In this document: positions 18,665 through 29,696 of the stretch, piece by piece
Numbering within the stretch: position 1 is the first letter of the stretch
Layout: each line of letters starts with the position of its first letter
Assembly: GCA_031409275.1 (NCBI GenBank)
Contig: JANNXA010000014.1
Coordinates: 224,001-288,000 of the forward strand
Source: Planctomycetota bacterium
GTDB lineage: Bacteria; Planctomycetota; B15-G4; SIAN01
Direction: 5' to 3'
DNA length: 64,000 nucleotides
Made by a program: the position numbers and the translations under genes
Notes under the pieces: model-generated
Databases searched by the model: none
Seen by the model: the letters and a program-made list of their open reading frames with translations, nothing else
Told to the model about the DNA's origin: nothing

Positions 18665-20816
18665 ACAGCAAGGTGAACAGCGAGCTCGTCGAGACCATCC
18701 GATCCCCCGCGATCGCGAGGTCGCCGAAGGTGCCGAACTCGGGATAAGGGACGCCGACGGCCGCCGGCGGTTGGATGGAGGCGAGCAGGCCGCCCTCGAG
18801 GTCGACTCGATAGATGCAGCGGTCGGTCGGCACGAAGAGCCAGCGCCGCGTGATGGCCGGCACGCCGGTGATCCGGTTGCCGCGCAGGACCGAGATCGAC
18901 TGCTCCCACATCGGCACGCCGTCGTGGTCGGTCGCTTCGATCGAGTAGCGCGGGGCGCCGCCGTCGCCGCCTTCGCGCCGCACGAACCAGCAGCGTTTCG
19001 CGTCCGCGCCGAGCAGGCACTGACGCAGCTGCTTCTCGATCGGCTCGTTCAGCAACAGGTCGCCGCGTTCGTTGGGCCAGCGCGCGAGCGAGTAGAGGTA
19101 GTGCGAATCGGCCGGGCTGGCGATCACGCGATCGGCCAGTGCGATCGGCGCGCGACCGAGCCACGGGCCAAGGTCGTGGAGCGCGGCGCGCTCGAAGCGG
19201 TCGCCGTCCGGCGGCACCGCGCGGTGGTAGCGGAACAGCCAGGCCAGCTCGAGATCGCTCGCCCGCAGCGCCGCGATCGCGCCGAGATTGGTGCAGACGA
19301 AGGCCACGCCGCCCTCGACGACGACGGGCGACGGATTCACCCGCCGCGCCTCGTCGGCGCCGAAGCGCGAGGCGACGCGCGGAATCGCGGCGGCGCGCGC
19401 CAGGAAGGTCGCCGTCAGCGGCGCACCGCTCGCCGCATCGAACGCGAGCAGCGCGCACTCGCTCTCCTTCACGCGCAGACGCGAAGCGGCCACCAGCAGG
19501 CGGCCATCGCTTTGCACCGCCGCGCCCGCGAAGACGTGATCGGCGAACTCGGCGCGCGTGGCGAGTTCGGCGCTGGTCACGCGGAACTCGACATACCCCT
19601 CGCGCGCGAGGTCGAGCCGGAACAGGGCGGTCCGGGCCGAGGCTTGTCCATCGCGCCCGAGCTGGCGCGCCTCCTGGCCGGGATCGCGCAGTTCCATCGT
19701 GACGAACAACGCCTCGCCCTCATTCGAGAGCGCGCATCGATCGAGCACGACTTCGTCCTGCTCCGGATCGAGGTGGAGGTCGAAGTCGCTGCGGATCGGC
19801 GCGTAGAGCTCATCGCCCGTGGCGAGGCTCCGGACATGGAGCGCCACGACTCCGCCATCGCCCGCCACCAACGGCTCGAGCGTGATCAGCCGATCGCCGA
19901 CCACCAGAGGCGCGCGCGTCGGCAGGTCCTTCAGCTCCGGCTCATCCTGTGTGGTCTGGTGCTGAACCAACAGGAAGCGGTTGCGATGGAGCGCGTACTC
20001 CGGATCGCGCACCGGCTGCGGAGCGGGAGGCGGCACGAACCAGCGTTCGAAACCCGGCAACGTCGCCCCGAAATCGAATCCGGGTCGCCGCGCCGCGTCG
20101 GCCGTTTCGCGCAGCGTCGTCCAATCGCGCGGCGCATCGCCCGCCGTCGGTGGCAGTGCGACGGTCGCATCGGGCCAGCGGGCAAGCGGCTCGCGGGGAA
20201 GCTCGCGGCCGAGCCGTGCGTACGCTTCGAGCAGCCTTGCCGCCGCCAAGGCACGCGCGGCGCCGGGACCGGCGCTTGGCCAATGGACGAGCCGTTCGAG
20301 GTCGGCGACCGCGGCGCCGAATCGACCCGACAGCAGTTGCCGCACCCCCGAATCGAGCAGCGCCCGTTCACCACTCGCCTGCAGCGGATGGCGCGCCGCG
20401 AAGGTGCGCTGGCGCGCGTCATCCCCGCCCAAGGGTGACTTCTCGGCGATCAGCTCTTCGGCGCGCGCCAGCTCGGCGCGAACGTCCGCCGGCAATCGCA
20501 ACAGGAAGAGGAGCGCCGCGGTCTCCACCGGAACCACCAGCCGTTCGCCGACGCGCACGCGGCCGCGAGTCGCGCTGCGGAGCAGGTTCACGATCTCGTC
20601 GCCGGCCGCCCGCGCCCGCCCCGCCGCCAGGTGCTCCTCGGCGTGATAGAACGCGAGCCGCGCAGCTTCGGGCTCATCGCCGACATCGGTCGCATTGCTG
20701 AAGTCGACCGACTCGGGCAACGTCGATTGAGCGCGCAGCGGCGACGGCGACGCGACGAGGGCGCAACTGAGCGCGAGGAGCCGCGCGAGCAGTCCGCGAC
20801 GAGCGTCACTCCTCAT
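18657..20816 (-). CDS. Exported TPR + PQQ-like beta-propeller protein
   Basis: Signal peptide (LLARLLALSCALVASPSPLRA-Q); blade motifs AFDAASGAPL and TNLGAIAALRASDLELAW; start 20816 or 20828, overlapping the ftsB-like stop. Confidence 0.7.
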   Translation of the reverse strand: MRSDARRGLLARLLALSCALVASPSPLRAQSTLPESVDFSNATDVGDEPEAARLAFYHAEEHLAAGRARAAGDEIVNLLRSATRGRVRVGERLVVPVETAALLFLLRLPADVRAELARAEELIAEKSPLGGDDARQRTFAARHPLQASGERALLDSGVRQLLSGRFGAAVADLERLVHWPSAGPGAARALAAARLLEAYARLGRELPREPLARWPDATVALPPTAGDAPRDWTTLRETADAARRPGFDFGATLPGFERWFVPPPAPQPVRDPEYALHRNRFLLVQHQTTQDEPELKDLPTRAPLVVGDRLITLEPLVAGDGGVVALHVRSLATGDELYAPIRSDFDLHLDPEQDEVVLDRCALSNEGEALFVTMELRDPGQEARQLGRDGQASARTALFRLDLAREGYVEFRVTSAELATRAEFADHVFAGAAVQSDGRLLVAASRLRVKESECALLAFDAASGAPLTATFLARAAAIPRVASRFGADEARRVNPSPVVVEGGVAFVCTNLGAIAALRASDLELAWLFRYHRAVPPDGDRFERAALHDLGPWLGRAPIALADRVIASPADSHYLYSLARWPNERGDLLLNEPIEKQLRQCLLGADAKRCWFVRREGGDGGAPRYSIEATDHDGVPMWEQSISVLRGNRITGVPAITRRWLFVPTDRCIYRVDLEGGLLASIQPPAAVGVPYPEFGTFGDLAIAGDRMVSTSSLFTLLFK

Positions 20817-21126
20817 CCGTCGCCTCATCGCCGTGCGCCGCCGCCGGCACGATCAGCTCGTTCGACGGCAACCCCGACGCGCCATTCTTCTCGCGCGCGA
20901 TGCGCTCGATCGTCTCCGGGTCGTTGGCGCCGCGTTCGGTGGCGCGCAGCCGCTCGAGCTCGTCGTCGAGCTGCTCCTTCGCACGCACCATCCGCTGATG
21001 CTCGGTATCGAGCTCCGCGTTCTTCTTCAACGCCGGCTGCGCCGTCCGCCAATAGAGCAGTGTCGCTACCAGCAGCAGCGCGAGCGTGAGCCCGAAGTCG
21101 CGGATGAGCTGGCGCGAGCGCGGCAT
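20806..21126 (-). CDS. Septum formation initiator family protein (FtsB/DivIC-like)
   Basis: 106 aa: one TM, a coiled coil, then DPETIERIARE; immediately downstream of eno, a gene order known for ftsB in many bacteria. Confidence 0.75.
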   Translation of the reverse strand: MPRSRQLIRDFGLTLALLLVATLLYWRTAQPALKKNAELDTEHQRMVRAKEQLDDELERLRATERGANDPETIERIAREKNGASGLPSNELIVPAAAHGDEATDEE

Positions 21127-21127
21127 G

Positions 21128-23736
<2,609 letters not shown>

Positions 23737-23738
23737 TC

Positions 23739-25148
23739 GTGGAGCCCTCCGCACCGCCCGAACGGAGTCCACCGACCGCCGCCGCGCGCTCCGAGCGCGG
23801 AACTGTGCTGCTCGCGCAGCTCTACGGCTTCTGCCTGATGGCGGCCAACGGGCTGCTCAAGCCGCTGCGCGAGAACCTCGGCGTCGAATGCGGCGCGCGC
23901 AACCTCGAGTGGCTCTGGCTCGGGACGCTGGCGGTGACGATCGCGATCCTGCCGCCTTACTGGCGCCTCGCCGCCGCGCGCTCGCGCAAGAGCGTCATCG
24001 CGTGGGTCCACCGCACCGTGTCGCTGTCGCTGATCGCCTTCTACGTCTGGTTCGCGCTCTTCCGCCCGGACCACCTCGCCACCGCGGAGAGCAGCGCCGT
24101 CGGCCGCTTCCGCCTCGACGCCGCGGCGCTCTACGTCTGGATCAGCGTCTTCAACCTGCTGCTGTTGTCGCTGTTCTGGAGCGCGATGGCCGATCGCCAC
24201 AACGCGGCGCAGGGCAAGCGACTCTTCGGCCGCATCGCGATCGGCATCACGGTCGGCGCCATCACCGGTTCGCTCGTCGCAACGCGGGGCGCCGATGCCC
24301 TCAAGACCGACGGGCTCCTGCTGGTGGCGGCGGTTCTGGTCGAGGGAGCGACACAGCTCGGTCGGCGGTTGGCAGGCGACGAGGCGCGCGCAGCGCCGGC
24401 GGCGGCAGCGGGTCGCGACCTCCGCTCGGCGTGGCGAAAGTGGGTCGCCGGCTTCGAAGGGGTCGCGCGCTCCCCCTACCTGCTCGGCCTGATCGGCTAC
24501 CAATTCCTCTCGATCCTCGCGTCGACGCTGCTCTACACGCAGCGCACCGAGCTGATGGGCGCGTCGGGACTCGCCCGCGACGCGCGCACCGCGCTGTTCG
24601 GCTGGAACGATCTCGCCACGCAGACGCTCGCGCTGCTGCTGCAAGGGTTCGTCGCAGCGCGCTTGCTGAGACGCGCCGGCGTCGGCGTGACGCTCGCCGC
24701 GCAGATGGTGGTGGCGCTCGCGGGATTCGTCGTGCTCGGCTTCGCGGTCGACGCGGGCGGCCCGCTCGCCGCCGACGCGACCTGGTGGCGCTGGCTTCAG
24801 ATGCCGGCTGCCCCGCCCAACGTCGCACTGGCCGCGGTGCTGCTGCTCTTCGTGCTGCAGAAGGGGGTCGAGTACGGCCTCTCGAAGCCGGGCCGCGAGA
24901 CGCTCTTCACGGTGGTGACGCGCGAGGAGAAGTACCAGGCGAAGAGCCTGATCGACACCGGCCTCTACCGCGCCTTCGACCAGGTCTCGGTCGTCACCAC
25001 CACGCGGCTGCGCTCGCCCGACAGCGGATTCGGCTTCGCGCTATCGACCTGCGCGTTCATCGTGGCGCCGGTGATGGCGCTCGGCGTCGTGCTCTCGTTC
25101 TGGCTGTCGCGCCAGCACGCGCGCCGCGCCGCTGCTACCTCTCCGTGA
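23739..25148 (+). CDS. MFS transporter related to the ATP:ADP antiporter (NTT/Npt) family
   Basis: About 12 TMs; LLKPLRE, WISVFNLLLLSLFWSAMAD, QGKRLFGRIA, YGLSKPGRETLFTVV, KYQAKSLIDTGLYRAFD. Confidence 0.8.
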   Translation: MEPSAPPERSPPTAAARSERGTVLLAQLYGFCLMAANGLLKPLRENLGVECGARNLEWLWLGTLAVTIAILPPYWRLAAARSRKSVIAWVHRTVSLSLIAFYVWFALFRPDHLATAESSAVGRFRLDAAALYVWISVFNLLLLSLFWSAMADRHNAAQGKRLFGRIAIGITVGAITGSLVATRGADALKTDGLLLVAAVLVEGATQLGRRLAGDEARAAPAAAAGRDLRSAWRKWVAGFEGVARSPYLLGLIGYQFLSILASTLLYTQRTELMGASGLARDARTALFGWNDLATQTLALLLQGFVAARLLRRAGVGVTLAAQMVVALAGFVVLGFAVDAGGPLAADATWWRWLQMPAAPPNVALAAVLLLFVLQKGVEYGLSKPGRETLFTVVTREEKYQAKSLIDTGLYRAFDQVSVVTTTRLRSPDSGFGFALSTCAFIVAPVMALGVVLSFWLSRQHARRAAATSP

Positions 25149-27189
25149 GCTCGGCGATCAACCCGTCCGCCCGGTAGACGCGCCGCAGCACCGCCAGCAC
25201 GCCGCGGAAGTCGACGACGGTCGAGCGCGCGTTGGGATCGAACCAATCGGGATGCGAGGTGCTCTCCGCCAGGACGCCGAGCAGCCGGCCGTCGCGTCCC
25301 ACCACCGCACCGCCCGACGATCCATCCAGCGCGTCGCAGCTCGTTTCGAAGGTCGCGGTCACGTCGGCACCGACCTCTGCGAGTTTTCGCCAAGGAGACT
25401 CCGGCGAGAGGCGAGGCAACAGTGCCTGGAATCGCTGGCGGTAGGAGTGACGCCAACTCGCTGCTGGATCGTCCGCTGGCACGCCGCACGCGACGCCGAA
25501 CGAGAAGCTCGCGGTGCCGTTCGCCTCGGCCGGCGTCGCGGAGCTCGACCGCGCGGCACGCCAGCGCTCCTCCTCGTTCGGATCGGCGTCCAGGAAAGAG
25601 GCGCTCAGCGCCGCCTCGGTCGCCACGCGCAACTCGATCCGCAGCGCAGCCAATCGCTTCAGGAGCTCCTCGTAGCGGGCCCTTCGCCCGTCTTCGCCGA
25701 ACCGCAGCGCGCTCCAATCGACCTCGCGTTTGGCCGAGGGCATCGGAGCCAACCAACCGTCGAGCGCCGCCACCAGCCGATCGTCGGGCTCGAACCTCTC
25801 GCGAATCCGCTCCACCACGCACGCGACGAAGCAATCGGCTAGCTCGTCGGAGACGCGCGTATCGGACAACCGACCACCGAGACGCCGGAGCGGCGCCGAG
25901 TCGAGCGAGTAGAGGCGATCGCTCCGCGGCGACAACTTCTCATCATCCGTACCGATCGCCGTCGTCGCGGACTGCGCGAGCACCTCGCACCAGAAGTCAC
26001 GCGCAGCGAACCCCTGGTAGTCCGCGAATCCGCGGGCGAGCACCGATTCCCGCGCCTCCCATGCAGCCAATTGCGTCGGGTCGGAGCTCAGCGCCTCGCG
26101 TCGTCGCGCGAGCGTCGCCGTCGGAGAAACGGGCGCGGTCGCGTCATCGAGCTGCTCCCACCAGGCGCCGACGGATCGCAGCTCGTCGGCGATGGTCTGC
26201 CGCAGCGCAGCTCCCTCGCCGTGGATCGAGACGCCTCTGGTCGTCGCCAACAGCGCCGTCTGCGCCACCTCGAGCAGGTCGAGGCGCAGAGGCAGCCCGG
26301 TCGAGCGCAGGAACTCGAGCTCGGCCACGCTGCGCGCCCGAGCGCTTCGCGCCGGGTGGCCAAGCGTTGCCACGAAGTCGCCTTTTGCCACCGGCGCATC
26401 CGCGGGCCGCAGCCACGCTTCGGGACCGACGGCGACTCCGCCTCGGTAGACCCTCAGCAACGCGACGTCGGCCACCGGCGGCTCGCTTGGGAGCCACCGA
26501 CCTTCGCGAAAGACAGGATCACGGAGGACAGGCTCCGGCAAAAACACCAGGCGCACGTCGTCGAACCGCTCGTAGCGGGCAAGGAAGTACCGCTCCTCGC
26601 CCGCGACCGTCACCAGTCGCACGTGGCTCGTGATCGCGCGGGGATTGGCCGCAACGCGCGCCGCTTCGACTCGCTCCGCCTCGGCGACCAGTCGGGCGAT
26701 CGCCGCATCGTGCGCGCGCCGCGGCGTCCAGAAGTCGGGGTCGCTTCGCCGCGCTTCGCTCACCCACTCGCTCACTCGGTCGCTCACCTCCTCGATCGTT
26801 CCGACCCGCTCGACCACGAGCCCCGGACAGGGCAGCTCGTCGTGACGCGTACTCGCGAGGTATTCCCAGCGCGAGAGGTCGCGTGGAACATTGCGCGCGC
26901 CGCGAAGGAGTTCGGTGACCACGTGCCGGCACGTGAGGATGAGTCCGTTGGGGCCGACGAAACTGCCGCTCCAAGCATGATCCTCGCGCGCACGATTCGG
27001 CACGATCCGCACCGACGCCGCGCGCAGTCCGTCGAAGACCGCCGCATCGACGTCGATGCAAAGCGCCGCGCGCACCGGCGCGATCGGCGGCGGCACGAGC
27101 GGCCAGAAGCCCTCCTCCGCGCGCGCCGAGGCAAGGAGGGCCAGAGGCGCCAGCTGCGTGACCAAGCGAAGCACTGCGGCTGAACTCAT
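25135..27189 (-). CDS. Divergent S46 family (DPP7/DPP11-like) serine peptidase
   Basis: Signal peptide then AEEGFWP (cf. ADEGMW); SGSFVGPNGLILTCRH; FDDVRLVFLP; DVALLRVY; DGSSGGAVVGRDGRLLGV. Confidence 0.75.
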   Translation of the reverse strand: MSSAAVLRLVTQLAPLALLASARAEEGFWPLVPPPIAPVRAALCIDVDAAVFDGLRAASVRIVPNRAREDHAWSGSFVGPNGLILTCRHVVTELLRGARNVPRDLSRWEYLASTRHDELPCPGLVVERVGTIEEVSDRVSEWVSEARRSDPDFWTPRRAHDAAIARLVAEAERVEAARVAANPRAITSHVRLVTVAGEERYFLARYERFDDVRLVFLPEPVLRDPVFREGRWLPSEPPVADVALLRVYRGGVAVGPEAWLRPADAPVAKGDFVATLGHPARSARARSVAELEFLRSTGLPLRLDLLEVAQTALLATTRGVSIHGEGAALRQTIADELRSVGAWWEQLDDATAPVSPTATLARRREALSSDPTQLAAWEARESVLARGFADYQGFAARDFWCEVLAQSATTAIGTDDEKLSPRSDRLYSLDSAPLRRLGGRLSDTRVSDELADCFVACVVERIRERFEPDDRLVAALDGWLAPMPSAKREVDWSALRFGEDGRRARYEELLKRLAALRIELRVATEAALSASFLDADPNEEERWRAARSSSATPAEANGTASFSFGVACGVPADDPAASWRHSYRQRFQALLPRLSPESPWRKLAEVGADVTATFETSCDALDGSSGGAVVGRDGRLLGVLAESTSHPDWFDPNARSTVVDFRGVLAVLRRVYRADGLIAELTER

Positions 27190-27202
27190 CGCGCGCTCCG
27201 AC

Positions 27203-28453
27203 TCACTCCCCGCCGATCGCCACCCTCTTCCAGAGCCCCGACGGCGCCAGCAGCGGAGCGGGCAGCAGCCAGATCACGACCTTCTTGCCGGCGAGCGGCG
27301 CGTCGCGGCGGGAGAGCGCCTCGCGGCACGCGAGCTCCGCTCCGCCCTGCGGCGCGATCACGTCGACCGGCGCGCCGGTGAAGCGCATCAGCTGATCGAC
27401 GAAGGAGGAGTGCAGCTCCTTGTGCATCGACGCGAAGCTGTCGCCGAGCAGCACGATCGCGCTGGCACGCGCGAGCTCGGCCGTCGGACCGCCGCCGCCC
27501 TGCCAGTCGACCGCGTTCACCCCCACCCCTTCGGACGGCGCCCCTTCCGCCTGGCCGATCCCTTCGCCGCGCACCTGCCCGAGGCGGCGCACGACGTTGA
27601 AATCACGCCCCTCCTGCCAGCGCGGCGATTGCGGCAGCGGCAGCTCCGCCGACTCGAACTCGGCGAGGCGCGACGCGACCTGTTGCGCCGCCAGCTCTGC
27701 ACCGCGCGGCGTCCAGTGGTTGTTGCCGCGCAGGTAGAGGCGGGCGCGACGCGGATCAGGATCGGTGCGCTGCGCGGTGAAGGCGGGCACGAGGTCGACC
27801 GACTCGACTCCCGCCTCGGCCAGGAGCGCCAGGAAGCGCGTGGTCGCGGCGACGCGCGGCGGCAACGGCGTCGGAACAGCGCGCGCCGGCAGCAGCAGTT
27901 CCGGCTCGAGCTCGGCGCGCGCCGGGATCGGCACGAAGAGGAGCGTCGCGCCCGCCGCCGCGAGCTGCTGCTGCAGGTCGAGCAGCACCGCGAACGGGTG
28001 ATTGGGTGCATCGATTCGCAGCGCGAGCGGCGACGCATTGGCGGCTTCGCGCGCGTTCCAGTCGAGCCATCCGCGCGCGGCGCTCTTGGGCAGCCAATCG
28101 TCGCCGAAGCGAACGAAGCGCTTGCCGCTCGGTTCCTCCACCAGCGCGCGCATCGCGACGGTGAACTCGTCGTCGAGCGCGCGCGCATCACCTCGCTCGA
28201 GCTCGAGCGCGCGCGCCGACGCGGACGTCGCCTCGCGCGCGAGTCGCTCCGCGCGTGGCACGGCGATTCGCGCCGGCGCGGTGGCGCCTTCGGTTGGCGC
28301 TTCATGGGGCGCCTCGCCGCAACCCGGAAGCAGCAGCGCCAGCACGAGCGCCGGCAGCGGCAGCCGCAGCAGCGCCGCCAGCAACTTGCGCAGCAGCATC
28401 ACGAGCGGGTGCGACGGGCGGCGGCGCGCGACACGACGGCGCACGCTCGTCAC
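27203..28453 (-). CDS. AlgJ/AlgX-like SGNH O-acyltransferase-family lipoprotein
   Basis: GTG 28453 (GTGA overlap; ATG 28399 alternative); lipobox LLPGC; LYLRGNNHWTPRGAELAA; IVLLGDSF; LAGKKVVIW. Confidence 0.75.
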   Translation of the reverse strand: MTSVRRRVARRRPSHPLVMLLRKLLAALLRLPLPALVLALLLPGCGEAPHEAPTEGATAPARIAVPRAERLAREATSASARALELERGDARALDDEFTVAMRALVEEPSGKRFVRFGDDWLPKSAARGWLDWNAREAANASPLALRIDAPNHPFAVLLDLQQQLAAAGATLLFVPIPARAELEPELLLPARAVPTPLPPRVAATTRFLALLAEAGVESVDLVPAFTAQRTDPDPRRARLYLRGNNHWTPRGAELAAQQVASRLAEFESAELPLPQSPRWQEGRDFNVVRRLGQVRGEGIGQAEGAPSEGVGVNAVDWQGGGGPTAELARASAIVLLGDSFASMHKELHSSFVDQLMRFTGAPVDVIAPQGGAELACREALSRRDAPLAGKKVVIWLLPAPLLAPSGLWKRVAIGGE

Positions 28454-29607
28454 TCGAACAGCGCCACCGGCTTGAACTGCGGGGACGGCGCGAGCGCCGC
28501 CTCCTGCATCAGCCAGATCACGACCTTCTTGCCGGCGAGACCGTCGCCGCGGCGCCGCAGCTTGTCGCGGCATTGCAGCTCGGCACCGCCAGCCGGCGCG
28601 AGCACATCGATCGGCCAGCCGGTGAAGCGGAAGAGCTGGTCATGGAACGCCGCGTTGTACTCCTTGTGGAAGTCCGCGAAGCTGTCGCCGAGCAGCACGA
28701 TCGGCCCGTGCTGCTTGGTCTCCTTCTGCAGTGGCGGCCCGAGCGGCTGGATCGAGTTCACCGCGATCGGCTCTGGGACGGCTCCTGGCGCCTGTCCATT
28801 GCCCTCGGCGTTGAACTCGAAGGGGCGGCGGCGTACCGCGAACGCGCGCCCCTCCTGATAGGGGCCGGGCTTGAACCACGGCATCTGCGCGAGGCGCTGC
28901 GCGACGCGTTGCGCCGCGAGTTCGATGGCGCGCGGCGTCCAGTGCATGTTGAAGCGGTGGTAGAGGAACTGGCGCCGCGGGTCGCTCGCGCCGGCGTCGA
29001 AGCACGCGGCGAACTCGGGCGCGAGGTCGATCACCTCGACTCCAGCTTCGGACAGCGCCTGCAGGAAGCGCGTCTGCGCCGCCACCATGCCGTGAAACGG
29101 CGCGCCGGCATCGGCGGGAGCACCGGCGTCGATGGCGCGCGGAGTCGCCAATCCGGGCACGACCAGCGCAGGATCGAGCTGCAGCCGGGTCGGGAACGAG
29201 ACGTACACGAACTCGATGCCATGGTCGTGGAGCTGGCGCGAGAGGTCGGTGATCGCGGCATACGGGTGGCCGTCGAGCTCGAAGTCGAGCGCCGTCGGCA
29301 GGGTGCGCCCAGTGGCCGGACGATTCCAGGTGAGCCAACGCTCGACGGTGACCATCGAGACCTTGCCGTCCGCCACCGGCCACCACTTGTCGCCGTGCGC
29401 CTGTTCACGCACCGCGGCGAGCGCGGCCGCGAACTCATCGTCGTGGCCGAAGGCCTCGACGGCGGCGTGCGATGCCGCGAGCGTCGCACGGTCCGCCTCG
29501 ACACGAGCGGCTCGCAGCGTCGCGACGTCGGTCGGATCGGACTGCGACACGGCCGCCCCGCAGAGAGCGAGCGCGAGCGTCGTCAGCGCCGCAAACGATG
29601 GCCTCAT
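28450..29607 (-). CDS. AlgJ/AlgX-like SGNH O-acyltransferase-family exported protein
   Basis: Signal peptide; LYHRFNMHWTPRAIELAA; IVLLGDSF; LAGKKVVIW; GGAGG upstream of ATG. Confidence 0.78.
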   Translation of the reverse strand: MRPSFAALTTLALALCGAAVSQSDPTDVATLRAARVEADRATLAASHAAVEAFGHDDEFAAALAAVREQAHGDKWWPVADGKVSMVTVERWLTWNRPATGRTLPTALDFELDGHPYAAITDLSRQLHDHGIEFVYVSFPTRLQLDPALVVPGLATPRAIDAGAPADAGAPFHGMVAAQTRFLQALSEAGVEVIDLAPEFAACFDAGASDPRRQFLYHRFNMHWTPRAIELAAQRVAQRLAQMPWFKPGPYQEGRAFAVRRRPFEFNAEGNGQAPGAVPEPIAVNSIQPLGPPLQKETKQHGPIVLLGDSFADFHKEYNAAFHDQLFRFTGWPIDVLAPAGGAELQCRDKLRRRGDGLAGKKVVIWLMQEAALAPSPQFKPVALFE

Positions 29608-29696
29608 GTCCTCCCCCGCTCGAATGTCGATGGCGCCATCGTAGTACCATGCCGTCCCAACCCCGGGCGGCGTCCCGGAGCCACGGCAGGGCCGCG

